DNA of 64,000 nucleotides, from the sequence record DRR723986_4811; one strand, 5' to 3'. Below, piece by piece: positions 10,476-21,992 of this stretch. Position numbers and translations under genes: made by a program. The notes under the pieces were generated by a model that saw only the letters and a list, made by a program, of their open reading frames with translations, did not search any database and was not told the origin of the DNA. Every line of letters starts with the position of its first letter. Position 1 is the stretch's first letter.

Positions 10476-11801
10476 ATGAAACCTGTCATTGCCCTGGTTG
10501 GGCGCCCAAACGTGGGCAAGTCCACATTGTTCAATCGTTTGACCCGAACAAGAGACGCCCTGGTGGCCAACCAGCCCGGCTTAACACGCGATCGCCACTA
10601 CGGTGTAGGGCGTATTGGCCCTAGAGAATACCTGGTGGTGGACACTGGCGGGCTTGAACCCGTGGCCAAAGATGGTATTTACGCCGAAATGGCCAAGCAA
10701 AGCCGGCAGGCCATCGTGGAAGCAGACCTGGTGCTGTTTCTTGTGGATGGCCGACAGGGCGTCACCCCGCATGACCATGTGATTGCTGCCGAACTGCGCA
10801 AAGCGAAGCGGGAAGTGATTCTCGTGGTCAACAAGACCGAGGGGTACACCCACTCCATGGCTGCGGCTGATTTCTTCGAGTTGGGCCTTGGCGAGCCAGA
10901 AACCATCTCAGCCAGTCATGGTGATGGTGTGCGCCAGTTGATGGACATGGCTTGCGAAAAGTTGCCTGTATTGCCCGAAGACGAGGAGGGTGGTCGTCGT
11001 ATCAAGGTGGCCATTGCCGGGCGCCCCAATGTCGGCAAATCCACCATGGTAAATACTTTGTTGGGTGAAGAGCGCGTAATTGCCTTCGACATGCCGGGCA
11101 CCACCCGGGATAGCATTTACATAGATTTTGAGCGCAACGACAAGCCTTATACCTTGATTGACACAGCCGGTTTGCGCAAGCGCGGCAAGGTATTTGAGTC
11201 AGTTGAAAAGTTTTCAGTGATTAAAACCCTGCAAGCCATTGAAGACGCCAACGTAGTGATTCTGATGCTGGATGCCCAGCAGGACATTTCCGATCAAGAC
11301 GCCTCTATTGCTGGCTTCATTGTTGAAGCAGGGCGTTCGCTGGTGTTGGCCGTGAACAAATGGGACAGCCTGGACGATTACCGCAAGGAACGAATCAAGG
11401 CCGAGGTAGGGCGCAAGTTGACTTTCCTGAATTACGCCAAGTTTCATTATGTGTCAGCGACAAAGCCTTTTGGGATTGCGGCCATGATGAAATCAGTCGA
11501 CGAGGCCCACGCGGCGGCTTTCGCCAAGTTGTCAACGCCCAAACTGACGCGCCTGATTCAGGAGTGTGTCGAGCACCAGCAACCCCCGCGCAAAGGTATC
11601 TTCAGGCCCAAATTGCGCTACGCACACCAGGGCGGGCAGAACCCGCCTATTGTGATTGTTCATGGCACCGCGCTAGATGCCATTCCCGACAATTACAAGC
11701 GTTATCTGGAGACTCGAATCCGTGAGCGTTTCAAGCTGGACGGGACGCCGCTTCGGGTTGAGTTCCGAAGCAACGTGAACCCGTTTGACAAGAAAGATTA
11801 A
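10476..11801 (+). CDS. der: Ribosome biogenesis GTPase Der
   Basis: Two GRPNVGKS G domains, DTGG/DTAG, KH-like C-terminus. Confidence 0.98.
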   Translation: MKPVIALVGRPNVGKSTLFNRLTRTRDALVANQPGLTRDRHYGVGRIGPREYLVVDTGGLEPVAKDGIYAEMAKQSRQAIVEADLVLFLVDGRQGVTPHDHVIAAELRKAKREVILVVNKTEGYTHSMAAADFFELGLGEPETISASHGDGVRQLMDMACEKLPVLPEDEEGGRRIKVAIAGRPNVGKSTMVNTLLGEERVIAFDMPGTTRDSIYIDFERNDKPYTLIDTAGLRKRGKVFESVEKFSVIKTLQAIEDANVVILMLDAQQDISDQDASIAGFIVEAGRSLVLAVNKWDSLDDYRKERIKAEVGRKLTFLNYAKFHYVSATKPFGIAAMMKSVDEAHAAAFAKLSTPKLTRLIQECVEHQQPPRKGIFRPKLRYAHQGGQNPPIVIVHGTALDAIPDNYKRYLETRIRERFKLDGTPLRVEFRSNVNPFDKKD

Positions 11802-11822
11802 CGCGAAGAATCAACGCGAAAA

Positions 11823-12143
11823 TCAGAACGGAATTTTGCGGGTCAGGATGTCCTTGTACATCACCCAGTCACCCATGAAGCTGTAAAGCGGATATTTGAA
11901 TGTGGCTGGGCGGTTCTTCTCGAAAAAGAAGTGGCCCACCCAAGCGAATGCATACCCCACCAACAGACCATACAGCAGCCAGATTGGCTGTCCCGTTGTG
12001 AGCAATTTAAACAGGCAAACCAGTGCAATTGTGGAGCCCACAAAGTGCAGTCTTCTGCAGGTCAAATTGTTGTGTTCCGCCAGGTAAAAAGGATAAAAAT
12101 CGGCAAAGGTTTGAAATCTGTTTCCGGTTTTTGGCATGCCCAT
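11823..12143 (-). CDS. DUF962/Mpo1-like small membrane protein
   Basis: FYPFYLAEH..CRRLHFVG, WVGHFFFEKNRPATF motifs. Confidence 0.88.
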   Translation of the reverse strand: MGMPKTGNRFQTFADFYPFYLAEHNNLTCRRLHFVGSTIALVCLFKLLTTGQPIWLLYGLLVGYAFAWVGHFFFEKNRPATFKYPLYSFMGDWVMYKDILTRKIPF

Positions 12144-12288
12144 GTCTCCGTTTGTTTATTTTTAATCGTTGTAGTTTACATCTCCTGCCGCTTCAGGCCT
12201 GTATTTGCCCAGAAATTTGGACTTGAAAGCTGTGGCATTTCGGGTAGGATGAATAAAACGACCATAAGAATATTTTAGGAGGTTTGTG

Positions 12289-12762
12289 ATGCAAGTTAAA
12301 GAAGTCCTGCGTGTAAAAGGCAACACGCTATTCACTGTCACCCCTGATACTCACTTGTCCGACTGCGTGGTTACGATGGCCGATCATGACGTGGGCTCAC
12401 TGGTGGTGATGGACAAAGGGGCGCTCGCCGGCATCGTCACCTTCCGCGAAGTGATTCGTGTTCTGGCCAAGCGGCAAAAAGAGCATCGCACCGGTCCCAC
12501 ACCTCCCGTGGCTGAAATTGTGGTTCGCGAGGTCATGAACACAGAACCCACCGTAGCCACTCTGGATATGGAGGTGGATAGCCTTCGCAAACTGATGCTT
12601 GAGAATCACCAGCGCTATCTGCCGGTGATGGATGGAAACACCCTGTGCGGTGTGATTTCATTTCACGACGTGGCCAAGGCGGTTCTCGAGGAACAAGGGT
12701 TTGAGAACAAAATGCTGAAGGGCTACATTCGCGATTGGCCGATGGAAGAAAGCAGCAATTGA
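12289..12762 (+). CDS. CBS-domain protein
   Basis: Tandem CBS pair; AGGAGG RBS. Confidence 0.9.
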   Translation: MQVKEVLRVKGNTLFTVTPDTHLSDCVVTMADHDVGSLVVMDKGALAGIVTFREVIRVLAKRQKEHRTGPTPPVAEIVVREVMNTEPTVATLDMEVDSLRKLMLENHQRYLPVMDGNTLCGVISFHDVAKAVLEEQGFENKMLKGYIRDWPMEESSN

Positions 12763-12795
12763 GTCGAAAACCAATGCAGTACAGGTGGTATCAAA

Positions 12796-13824
12796 TTGAA
12801 GAAAAGAGTTGCGATCATAGGTGCGGGCGTGTCGGGGCTGGCCTGCGCACGCGAATTGGTTGAGCAGGGTCACGAGGTTACCTTGTATGAGAAAAGTCGT
12901 GGCCCGGGGGGGCGCATGCCCACTCGTTGGCTGAATCGAGACATTGATCCGCCTTTGGGCTTTGATCATGGGACCCAGTATTTTCAGGTTTCCTCCCCTG
13001 CGTTTGTTGAGTTGATCGATCAGGCCTACAAGGCGGGTGCCGTCGCACCTTGGGCTGGTTCTGTGGTTAATTTGGGGTACGGGCTTTCGTCCCCCCATGC
13101 AAGTACCACCACGCGGTGGGTGGGAACTCCTGGAATGGCGAGTTTGGCGCGTTTCATGTCCCGGGGACTCGACATTCGACTGCAATGCAGGGTGGCTGGT
13201 GTTGTTCGCACTGACGGTGTTTACCAGGTAACCTTGCACCTGGCTGATGGCACCGTGCGGGTAGAATCTGGCTTTGACGCGGTGATCAGTGCTGTGCCGG
13301 CCGAGCAGGTGGTGCCGTTGTTTGATGAGGTTCACATGCCTTTGGCCCAATTGGCTGCGGCAGTGGAATCCAATGTCACCTGGTCTGTCATGCTCACGCC
13401 TCGCGAGGTTGTTAAAGTGGACTTTGACGGGGCCTTCGTGGTCGACAGTCCACTGGGGTGGATTTGTAGGGATTCTTCCAAACCTGGCAGGGCTGCGGGT
13501 GATCGTTGGATCTTGCAGGCCACGGCCGATTGGTCTCGACTACACCAGGATTACGCGGCAGAGGAAGTTGGTAAAATGCTGCTGGATGTGTTTTGCAATG
13601 TGACTGGCCAGTTGATCGAAGAGCCTTTGACGGTCACCGCGCATCGCTGGTTGTATTCGTTACCCAGCAACCCGGTGGGTCTGCCTTGTTATTTCAGCGA
13701 GGAACACATGTTGGGTGCTTGCGGGGATTGGCTCAATGGTGCGCGGGTGGAAGACGCATTTTTGAGTGGCCACACACTGGGGCATCAGCTGTCGAACGCC
13801 TTCAGTAGCACTTTGATTCAGTAG
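12796..13824 (+). CDS. FAD-dependent oxidoreductase, renalase-like
   Basis: GAGVSG Rossmann motif, EKSRGPGGR, FDHGTQYF, HRWLY, CGDW..VEDAFLSG. Confidence 0.88.
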   Translation: MKKRVAIIGAGVSGLACARELVEQGHEVTLYEKSRGPGGRMPTRWLNRDIDPPLGFDHGTQYFQVSSPAFVELIDQAYKAGAVAPWAGSVVNLGYGLSSPHASTTTRWVGTPGMASLARFMSRGLDIRLQCRVAGVVRTDGVYQVTLHLADGTVRVESGFDAVISAVPAEQVVPLFDEVHMPLAQLAAAVESNVTWSVMLTPREVVKVDFDGAFVVDSPLGWICRDSSKPGRAAGDRWILQATADWSRLHQDYAAEEVGKMLLDVFCNVTGQLIEEPLTVTAHRWLYSLPSNPVGLPCYFSEEHMLGACGDWLNGARVEDAFLSGHTLGHQLSNAFSSTLIQ

Positions 13825-13882
13825 CAACTCAGTGGCAACTGAGCGCAAATAAGTTGCAATTGAGAAGTTGCAATTCAGTAAG
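13801..13882. repeat. Degenerate tandem array of about 11 bp units (consensus near TTCAGTAGCAA)
   Basis: ttcagtagca, ttcagtagca, ctcagtggca, ctgagcgca, ataagttgca, ttgagaagttgca, ttcagtaag. Confidence 0.55.
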
Positions 13883-13953
13883 CTCAACACCCGCGCCGTT
13901 CTGGTGCGGGATATTCCGATAAAATAATGTTTTGCTTATTCGAGTGAACACGC

Positions 13954-15060
13954 ATGTCCGGAAGCAGCTTGGGTCGCCTTTTTGTGGTCAGTAATTTTGG
14001 GGAAAGCCATGGGCCCGCCATTGGTTGTGTGGTTGATGGTTGCCCACCTGGTTTGCCACTGACTGAGGCGGATTTGCAGGCCGACCTGGATCGACGCAAG
14101 CCAGGAACCTCCCGCCACGTGACACAGCGTCAGGAAGCAGATCAGGTTGAAATTCTTTCCGGCGTTTTTGAAGGTGTGACAACGGGGGCCCCAATCGGCT
14201 TGTTGATTCGCAATCAAGATCAGCGCAGCAAAGACTACGGCAATATCATGGACACGTTTCGCCCTGGTCATGCTGATTACACCTACTGGCACAAATACGG
14301 TATTCGTGATTATCGCGGGGGTGGACGTTCGTCGGCCCGCATGACCGCGCCCATGGTGGCTGCGGGTGCTATCGCGAAAAAATGGTTGTCGACCAGGCTG
14401 GGTATCCAGATCCGTGGTTGTATGACTCAAATTGGTGAGGTGGAAATCCCGTTTTCCACTTGGGACGATGTGCACACCAATCCTTTTTTCGCGCCGAACA
14501 ATGAAAAGGTTGCCGAGCTTGAGGCCTACATGGATGCGCTGAGAAAGTCCGGCGATTCCTGTGGTGCCGGCTTGCGTGTGCAGGCCACTGGGGTGCCGGT
14601 GGGTTTGGGTTCGCCTTTGTATGACAAGCTGGATGCGGATATTGCCCACGCCATGATGAGCATTAACGCGGTGAAGGGTGTTGAGATTGGCGCAGGTTTT
14701 GCCTGCATCGCGCAAAAGGGTTCGGTTCACGGTGATGAGATGACCCCTGAGGGCTTTAGGTCTAACCACGCAGGCGGTATTCTCGGCGGTATTTCAACGG
14801 GGCAGGATATTGAGGTTCGCATGGCGATCAAACCGACGTCCAGCATTCGTTTGCCCAGGAAGTCGATTGACAAAGCGGGCAATCCGATTGATGTGGAAAC
14901 CTATGGCCGCCACGATCCTTGTGTTGGAATACGCGCAACGCCGATTGCAGAGGCCATGCTGGCTTTAGTCATTATGGATCACCTCCTGATGCACCGCGCG
15001 CAGTGTGCAGATGTTCAGGTGGACACCCCCCAAATTCCACCCGGCATTTCCAATTATTAA
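13954..15060 (+). CDS. aroC: Chorismate synthase
   Basis: [26 protein letters not shown]. Confidence 0.98.
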   Translation: MSGSSLGRLFVVSNFGESHGPAIGCVVDGCPPGLPLTEADLQADLDRRKPGTSRHVTQRQEADQVEILSGVFEGVTTGAPIGLLIRNQDQRSKDYGNIMDTFRPGHADYTYWHKYGIRDYRGGGRSSARMTAPMVAAGAIAKKWLSTRLGIQIRGCMTQIGEVEIPFSTWDDVHTNPFFAPNNEKVAELEAYMDALRKSGDSCGAGLRVQATGVPVGLGSPLYDKLDADIAHAMMSINAVKGVEIGAGFACIAQKGSVHGDEMTPEGFRSNHAGGILGGISTGQDIEVRMAIKPTSSIRLPRKSIDKAGNPIDVETYGRHDPCVGIRATPIAEAMLALVIMDHLLMHRAQCADVQVDTPQIPPGISNY

Positions 15061-15087
15061 GTCGTCAACCAAAAAGCGGGCAGGCAT

Positions 15088-16269
15088 TTGCAACTGGGCT
15101 GGTTAGCGCTTTTTTACGCAGCGTATTTCGCATTTGTTGGCTTGTATTCGCCGTTTTTAGGGCCTTACCTAAAATCGATTGGACATAGCCTGGATGTGAT
15201 CGCCCTGGCATTGGGTATGATGCAGTTGATGCGAATTGTCGGCCCCTTTGCCTGGGGTTGGCTGGCTGACCACACTGGCAACCGGGTTCGCTGGATCAGA
15301 TTGGGTACTTTTGCCGGTTTTTGTTTCGCAGCATTGGCATTTTGGTACCAGCAGACACCTTCTTACCTCATTGTTCTTGTGTTGTTGTTGAACCTGAGTA
15401 TTTCGGGTTTGGTGCCCATGTCCGATTCATATGCCATGGAGCGTTGTGCTGGTTGCACGGGCCAGTACGGCCAGGTTCGTCTGTATGGCTCGCTGGGCTT
15501 TGTGTTGGCCGTGTTGGTTTTCGGAGCAGTGGCTGATCGCTTCGGTTTTGCCTCCTATCCGTTTTGGGCTTGTGCCATGTTGCTGCTGGGGTTTGTCGCA
15601 GCCTTGAAATTCACGCCTGATTCTCCCCGGGTGACCGGCACGGAAAGTTCAATCCTGTTCACTGGCAGTGGCTTCAAGCGCCTGTTGTTGCCAGGTCCCA
15701 TGCCACTTTTCTGGTTGGCCGCTTTTTTCATGATTTTTGCGCATGGGGTTTTCTACGCGTTTTTCTCCCTTTACCTGCTCGAATTCAACTATTCGGAAAT
15801 GAGTATTGGTGGCCTTTGGGCATTTGGTGTGATGTGTGAAGTGGTATTTTTTGCCCTTCAAACCCGCTTCTTCAAGCGCTTTTCCCTGAATACCTGGCTT
15901 TGCGTCAGCTTCGCTGCTTGTGCTTTCCGGTTTGCCCTCACTGCCGCATTTCCCGAGTACGGTTGGATGATGATTTTCGCACAGGGTTTGCATGCTTTGA
16001 CTTTCGCAGCGCATCACACTGCCACCATTTCCTGGTTGCGAGAGAACTTGCCGGTTAAGTTGGTGGTGCGTGGCCAGGCGATGTATGCCACGATCGCATA
16101 CGGGCTTGGTGGATCGGCAGGTACATTTTTGGGCCGTTTCGCGTGGGAGTGGGGTGGGCCCGCCAGTGCATTTGTCATGGCGTCAATTAGCGGTTTGCTG
16201 GCCCTGATTCTTGGCTGGCGTTTTACGATTGCCAGCAGACGGGCACCTTCCGCACTTTTGTCAGGATAA
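15088..16269 (+). CDS. MFS transporter (HcaT/MFS_1-like)
   Basis: About 12 TM helices; WGWLADH, YGQVRLYGSLGF. Confidence 0.88.
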   Translation: MQLGWLALFYAAYFAFVGLYSPFLGPYLKSIGHSLDVIALALGMMQLMRIVGPFAWGWLADHTGNRVRWIRLGTFAGFCFAALAFWYQQTPSYLIVLVLLLNLSISGLVPMSDSYAMERCAGCTGQYGQVRLYGSLGFVLAVLVFGAVADRFGFASYPFWACAMLLLGFVAALKFTPDSPRVTGTESSILFTGSGFKRLLLPGPMPLFWLAAFFMIFAHGVFYAFFSLYLLEFNYSEMSIGGLWAFGVMCEVVFFALQTRFFKRFSLNTWLCVSFAACAFRFALTAAFPEYGWMMIFAQGLHALTFAAHHTATISWLRENLPVKLVVRGQAMYATIAYGLGGSAGTFLGRFAWEWGGPASAFVMASISGLLALILGWRFTIASRRAPSALLSG

Positions 16270-16359
16270 ACTGTCTTAGAAGCGCAGTTGATGTCAACTT
16301 TGCAGCAATGTTTGCCGTTTCTACGGAACGGTTTTACTGAAAATTACAGGTGAAGAACG

Positions 16360-17193
16360 ATGGTATTTTCTGGACTGAAGCGACGCACCACTTTAACGCT
16401 GACGCTTGCGTTTTCAACGGGTGTGTTAGCCGCATGTTTAACCACTCAGACTACCTCTGGCGGAGCGGTTGGGGTTGACCGATCCCAGTTTGTGCTTGTC
16501 TCCTCTGCGGAAGTGGATGCTGCCGCTGCCAAAGGATATGCCGACGTCATTGCCAAGGCCCAAAAAGAAGGCAAGTTGAATCAGGATGCCAAGCAGGTGG
16601 CCCGGGTACGTGCCATCGCCAATCGCTTGATCCCCCAGACTGCTGCTTTTCGTCCTGATGCCCCCCAGTGGAAATGGGAGGTCAATGTGATTGAGTCTGA
16701 TCAACTCAATGCCTGGTGTATGGCTGGCGGAAAAATCGCGTTTTATTCGGCTTTGATTGAAAAACTGGCGCTGACTGATGATGAAATCGCGGCCATCATG
16801 GGGCATGAAATTGCGCATGCTTTGCGGGAACACAGCCGTGAACGAATTTCGCAGCAACTCGCCACGAGTGTTGGGCTGGATCTGGCTTCGGCTGTTTTCG
16901 GCTTGTCGCGTGGTGCATCTGATCTTGCCGGCATGGCCGCCAATGTGGCAATTTCACTGCCTTATAGTCGCTCTCACGAAGTGGAGTCGGACCGAATTGG
17001 TGTGGAACTGGCCGCGCGCGCCGGGTACAACCCACGCGCCGCAATCAGCGTCTGGCAAAAGATGAGTCGGGCTGGCGGTGGTTCGCCTCCAGAGTTGTTG
17101 TCCACGCACCCGTCACCCGAGAACCGAATTCAGGATCTCGAGGTTTACTCCGCCAGAGTTCAGCCTTTGTATGAACAGGCAAAGAAGCGCTGA
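16360..17193 (+). CDS. M48 family metallopeptidase, probable lipoprotein
   Basis: LAAC lipobox, HEIAH zinc motif, ESDRIG, STHP. Confidence 0.92.
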   Translation: MVFSGLKRRTTLTLTLAFSTGVLAACLTTQTTSGGAVGVDRSQFVLVSSAEVDAAAAKGYADVIAKAQKEGKLNQDAKQVARVRAIANRLIPQTAAFRPDAPQWKWEVNVIESDQLNAWCMAGGKIAFYSALIEKLALTDDEIAAIMGHEIAHALREHSRERISQQLATSVGLDLASAVFGLSRGASDLAGMAANVAISLPYSRSHEVESDRIGVELAARAGYNPRAAISVWQKMSRAGGGSPPELLSTHPSPENRIQDLEVYSARVQPLYEQAKKR

Positions 17194-17352
17194 GTATTAA
17201 GGCGTGGCTTGATTTTGAGGCACAGCCCTGCCTGCGGGGCTGCAAGCCCTGTGCCGGCTGTGGCATAATAAGGGGTTATTCTCCACGCAATTTGCTGGTC
17301 AATCTGGCGGAATAAACCACTGGATGAGTCAGCCCGAAGCAGGTCTTTGAAA

Positions 17353-18753
17353 ATGGCTAAAACTCTTTACGACAAACTCTGGGAAAGTCATGTGGTGCGC
17401 ACCGAAGAAGATGGCACCTCACTGATTTACATCGACCGCCATTTGCTGCATGAAGTCACCAGCCCCCAGGCCTTTGAAGGTTTGGAGTTGGCAGGTCGTG
17501 ATTTGTGGCGTAACAGTGCCAATCTGGCCGTGGTGGACCACAATGTACCCACCACCGACCGCTCCAAGGGGATTGCAGACCCCACCTCGCGCTTGCAGGT
17601 GGAAACTCTGGATAAAAATGCAAAAGCCCACGGTTTGACTTATTTCGACATCAAAGACTTGCGTCAAGGTATCGTACATGTGATCGGGCCCGAACAGGGC
17701 GCAACCTTGCCCGGCATGACGGTGGTCTGCGGTGATTCACACACCAGCACACACGGTGCAATCGGTGCGCTTGCATTTGGTATCGGTACCTCTGAAGTTG
17801 AACACGTCATGGCCACCCAGTGTTTGCTGATGAAGAAAGCCAAAAACATGCTGGTTCGCGTTGAGGGCACTTTGGGTAAGGGTGTGTCTGCGAAAGACGT
17901 GATTTTGGCCATTATCGGCAAAATCGGTACTGCTGGCGGCACGGGCTACGCCATAGAATTTGCTGGATCCGCCATTCGCGGATTGTCTGTTGAAGGTCGC
18001 ATGACCATGTGCAACATGGCCATCGAGGGCGGTGCACGCTCTGGCATGGTGGCCGTCGACGAAAAAACAATCGAATACGTGAAAGGACGTCCCTTTAGTC
18101 CGAAAGGCGAGATGTGGGATGCCGCTGTGGCCTATTGGAAAACCTTGCATTCGGACGAGGGGGCGCATTTTGACCAAGTGGTTGAATTGCGTGCGGAAGA
18201 CATTCAACCCCAGGTGAGTTGGGGTACCTCTCCGGAAATGGTTACTGATGTTCATGGTGTGGTACCTGATCCTGCCTCAGTGACTGACCCTGTAAAACGT
18301 CAGGGTTATGAACGCGCTTTGCAGTACATGGGCTTGAAGCCTTTGCAGAAAATCGAAGACATCAGTGTCGACACTGTATTCATTGGATCATGTACCAATT
18401 CTCGAATTGAAGACCTGCGCGATGCTGCTGCGGTGGTGAAGGGCAGGAGAAAAGCAGAATCGGTCAAATTGGCATTGGTTGTACCTGGTTCAGGTTTGGT
18501 CAAGGCTCAGGCTGAAAAGGAAGGTTTGGATAAAATTTTCCTCGAAGCGGGGTTTGAGTGGAGAGAGCCCGGCTGCTCGATGTGTCTGGCCATGAATGCG
18601 GACCGTTTGGGCAGCGGTGAGCGTTGCGCTTCCACCAGCAACCGAAATTTTGAAGGACGTCAAGGTGCGGGCGGCCGTACACACCTTGTCAGCCCGGCCA
18701 TGGCGGCTGCGGCTGCGATTGCAGGCCATTTCACTGATTCCAGAACCTTTTAG
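17353..18753 (+). CDS. leuC: 3-isopropylmalate dehydratase large subunit
   Basis: [30 protein letters not shown]. Confidence 0.98.
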   Translation: MAKTLYDKLWESHVVRTEEDGTSLIYIDRHLLHEVTSPQAFEGLELAGRDLWRNSANLAVVDHNVPTTDRSKGIADPTSRLQVETLDKNAKAHGLTYFDIKDLRQGIVHVIGPEQGATLPGMTVVCGDSHTSTHGAIGALAFGIGTSEVEHVMATQCLLMKKAKNMLVRVEGTLGKGVSAKDVILAIIGKIGTAGGTGYAIEFAGSAIRGLSVEGRMTMCNMAIEGGARSGMVAVDEKTIEYVKGRPFSPKGEMWDAAVAYWKTLHSDEGAHFDQVVELRAEDIQPQVSWGTSPEMVTDVHGVVPDPASVTDPVKRQGYERALQYMGLKPLQKIEDISVDTVFIGSCTNSRIEDLRDAAAVVKGRRKAESVKLALVVPGSGLVKAQAEKEGLDKIFLEAGFEWREPGCSMCLAMNADRLGSGERCASTSNRNFEGRQGAGGRTHLVSPAMAAAAAIAGHFTDSRTF

Positions 18754-18771
18754 AACAAGGGAGTGTTTGAT

Positions 18772-18909
18772 ATGAAGATCGTTTCCGTATTTCTGCTTGC
18801 TTTGTCAGCCATTTCATTGTCGGCTTGCAACACCATTGAAGGCATGGGCAAAGACATCAAGGCGGGTGGCGCGGCCATTGAACGCACTGCAGACGAAAAC
18901 AAAAGGTAA
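18772..18909 (+). CDS. Entericidin A/B family lipoprotein (45 aa, absent from ORF track)
   Basis: MKIVSVFLLALSAISLSACNTIEGMGKDIKAGGAAIERTADENKR; lipobox LSAC plus NT..G.GKDI motif; AAGGGAG RBS. Confidence 0.92.
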   Translation: MKIVSVFLLALSAISLSACNTIEGMGKDIKAGGAAIERTADENKR

Positions 18910-19000
18910 TTTTTACTGGCATTTCTAGGCTGTGCGAGCGGGTAATGTCCTGCTCGCATGGTCTGGGCTCCGGATCAGCCGGAATATTCACGGATTAACT

Positions 19001-19642
19001 ATGGACAAATTTGTAACCCACACTGGTATCGCCGTTGCGCTGAACCGCGCCAATGTGGACACCGACGCCATTATTCCCAAGCAGTTTTTGAAAAGCATCA
19101 AACGCACTGGTTTTGGTGAGCATCTGTTCGATGGTTGGCGGTATCTGGACGAAGGCGAGCCTGGCATGGATTGCAGCAAGCGCCCGTTGAACCCAGATTT
19201 CGAGCTCAACAAGCCTGAGTTCAAAGGCGGCACTGTGTTGGTAGCCGGCCCAAATTTTGGGTGTGGCTCCTCCCGGGAGCACGCCCCTTGGGCGCTTCAG
19301 CAGTATGGCTTCAAGGCGGTGATTTCCAGCAGTTTTGCTGATATTTTCTTCAATAACTGCTTTAAGAATGGTTTCCTACCTATTGTTTTAAAAGAAGAAG
19401 AGTTGAAGGAAATTTTTGCGGCAATTGATGCAAAACCTGGTATAGAGATCACGGTGAGTCTCGAGCACCAAACGGTGAGCATTGACGGAAAAAGCTATGG
19501 CTTCAACGTGGACGCTTTCCGCAAGCACTGCCTGATGAATGGCTTTGACGATATCGGTCTGACTTTGCAGCATCGCGATGAAATTACAGCTTTTGAGAAA
19601 AATCGCCTGACCAATCAACCTTGGCTTGCAAATACTATCTAA
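19001..19642 (+). CDS. leuD: 3-isopropylmalate dehydratase small subunit
   Basis: [27 protein letters not shown] at 19001. Confidence 0.97.
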   Translation: MDKFVTHTGIAVALNRANVDTDAIIPKQFLKSIKRTGFGEHLFDGWRYLDEGEPGMDCSKRPLNPDFELNKPEFKGGTVLVAGPNFGCGSSREHAPWALQQYGFKAVISSSFADIFFNNCFKNGFLPIVLKEEELKEIFAAIDAKPGIEITVSLEHQTVSIDGKSYGFNVDAFRKHCLMNGFDDIGLTLQHRDEITAFEKNRLTNQPWLANTI

Positions 19643-19666
19643 CCAGAAAACAAACCGAGAACACGA

Positions 19667-20758
19667 ATGACTTTAAAGATTGCCGTAATGCCCGGTGACG
19701 GCATTGGCCCGGAAATTACCGCGCAGGCCGTGAAAGTGCTTGAGGCACTGAAAACAGACGGTTTGAATGTTGAGTTTGAACATGCCTTGATTGGTGGTAT
19801 AGCCTACCGTGAAAAAGGCGTGCCTTTGCCGGAAGAGACCGTGGCCCTGGCCAAGGCGTCGGATGCTGTGTTGTTTGGTGCGGTGGGTGATTTTTCTCTT
19901 GACACCCTGCCACGTCACCTTCGTCCCGAGCAAGCTATTTTGGGCATTCGCAAAGCCCTGAACCTGTTTGCCAACTTTCGCCCTGCCATGGTGTACGAGG
20001 AACTCGCTGATGCATCCACACTTCGTCCTGAAGTGGTAGCGGGACTGGATATTCTGATTGTTCGTGAATTGACTGGCGACATTTACTTCGGAACGCCGCG
20101 AGGCAACCGCATTGCTGAAGATGGTCCATTCAAAGGCGAGCGCGAGGCATTTGACACCATGCGGTACGCCGAAACCGAAATTCGCCGTATCGCCCACGTG
20201 GCCTTTCAGGCGGCTCAAAAGCGTGGCGGCAAGCTGTGTTCAGTGGACAAAGCCAACGTGCTTGAAACTACCCAGTTTTGGCGCGATATAGTGACTGAGG
20301 TTGGCAAAGAATACAGCGATGTTGAATTAAGCCACATGTATGTCGACAACTGTGCAATGCAGTTGTTGAAAAACCCCAAGCAGTTTGACGTCATCGTGAC
20401 GGGTAACCTGTTCGGTGATATTTTGTCGGATGAAGCATCCATGTTGACAGGCTCAATTGGCATGTTGCCTTCGGCTTCGCTGAATGAATCCAACTTTGGT
20501 TTGTATGAGCCGATTCATGGTTCTGCGCCCGACATCGCCGGCAAAGATTTGGCCAATCCGATGGCAACCGTGCTTTCTGCTGCCATGATGCTGCGCTATA
20601 CATTTGGGCTAGAGGATTATGCAAACCGTATTGAAAATGCGGTCAAGGCTGTGTTGGCTTCCGGACCGCGCACAGGCGATATCTGGCGCGAAGGAAAGGA
20701 GCGAACTGGTACCTCTGGCATGGGAGATGCAATTGTGGCAGCCCTCGCCAAGCAGTGA
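19667..20758 (+). CDS. leuB: 3-isopropylmalate dehydrogenase
   Basis: [31 protein letters not shown]. Confidence 0.98.
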   Translation: MTLKIAVMPGDGIGPEITAQAVKVLEALKTDGLNVEFEHALIGGIAYREKGVPLPEETVALAKASDAVLFGAVGDFSLDTLPRHLRPEQAILGIRKALNLFANFRPAMVYEELADASTLRPEVVAGLDILIVRELTGDIYFGTPRGNRIAEDGPFKGEREAFDTMRYAETEIRRIAHVAFQAAQKRGGKLCSVDKANVLETTQFWRDIVTEVGKEYSDVELSHMYVDNCAMQLLKNPKQFDVIVTGNLFGDILSDEASMLTGSIGMLPSASLNESNFGLYEPIHGSAPDIAGKDLANPMATVLSAAMMLRYTFGLEDYANRIENAVKAVLASGPRTGDIWREGKERTGTSGMGDAIVAALAKQ

Positions 20759-20804
20759 TGGGGCGTAATCGCGGTTTAAGAATTTAAAAGTACTGGAGTT
20801 TTTT

Positions 20805-21929
20805 ATGTTGAAAGTTGGTTTGGTTGGATGGCGTGGCATGGTGGGTTCCGTGCTGATGCAACGCATGCAGGAAGAGAATGATTTCGCGCATTTCGAGCCG
20901 ATTTTCTTCTCGACTTCCAATGCGGGCGGCAAGGCGCCGGCTTTTGCTGGCAATGCGGGCCCATTGCAAGATGCCAATGACATTAACGCCTTGAAGCAAA
21001 TGGATGTTGTACTGACTTGTCAGGGCGGCGATTACACCAACGACGTGTTTCCCAAGTTGCGCGAAGCTGGCTGGAATGGTTACTGGATTGATGCGGCGTC
21101 AAGCCTGCGCATGAAAGACGACGCCATCATCATTCTTGATCCCGTCAACATGAATGTCATCAAGGATGGTCTCACCAAGGGTATCAAGAATTACGTGGGC
21201 GGCAATTGCACCGTATCGCTGATGTTGATGGCTTTGGGCGGTTTGTTTCAGAACAATCAAGTGGAGTGGATCACGTCAATGACTTACCAGGCTGCCTCTG
21301 GCGCTGGTGCACAAAACATGCGTGAACTGATTTCGCAAATGGGCAGCATTCATGGTTCGGTTAAAGACTTGTTGGCCGATCCAGCATCCGCCATTCTGGA
21401 AATTGACCGCAAGGTGGCTCAGCACATCAATTCTGATTCATACCCAACGGACAATTTTGGCGTGCCACTTGGCGGAAGCCTCATTCCTTGGATTGACAAG
21501 GACCTGGGCAATGGCCAATCCAAAGAAGAATGGAAGGGTGGCGCAGAAACCAACAAGATTCTGGGTAAGCCAGCCATGGGAACACCTGGTTGCGTGCCAG
21601 TGGATGGTTTGTGCGTGCGCGTCGGTGCCATGCGTTGTCACTCACAGGCTTTGACCATCAAGTTGAAGCAAGACATCCCATTGAACGAGATCAACGACAT
21701 GCTTGCCAAGGCCAATGATTGGGTTAAAGTGGTGCCCAACGAGCGTGATGCATCCATGCGCGATTTGACGCCTGCGGCTGTCACAGGCCGCATGCATGTG
21801 CCGGTTGGTCGACTCCGCAAAATGGCTATGGGTGGCGACTACCTTAGCGCCTTTACCGTAGGAGATCAGCTGTTGTGGGGTGCTGCAGAACCTTTGCGCC
21901 GCATGCTGCGTATCTTGATTGAACGCTGA
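20805..21929 (+). CDS. asd: Aspartate-semialdehyde dehydrogenase
   Basis: [29 protein letters not shown]. Confidence 0.98.
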   Translation: MLKVGLVGWRGMVGSVLMQRMQEENDFAHFEPIFFSTSNAGGKAPAFAGNAGPLQDANDINALKQMDVVLTCQGGDYTNDVFPKLREAGWNGYWIDAASSLRMKDDAIIILDPVNMNVIKDGLTKGIKNYVGGNCTVSLMLMALGGLFQNNQVEWITSMTYQAASGAGAQNMRELISQMGSIHGSVKDLLADPASAILEIDRKVAQHINSDSYPTDNFGVPLGGSLIPWIDKDLGNGQSKEEWKGGAETNKILGKPAMGTPGCVPVDGLCVRVGAMRCHSQALTIKLKQDIPLNEINDMLAKANDWVKVVPNERDASMRDLTPAAVTGRMHVPVGRLRKMAMGGDYLSAFTVGDQLLWGAAEPLRRMLRILIER

Positions 21930-21992
21930 GCTGCATCAATTTTGATCCCAAAAGGCTGCCGAAGGTGGCTTGAACATTCATGGAGTAAACGG

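Noticed and set aside
17261-17352. Leucine attenuator upstream of leuC
   Set aside because: An extended -10 (TGGCATAAT) and a weak stem are present, but there is no Leu-rich leader peptide and no U-tailed terminator
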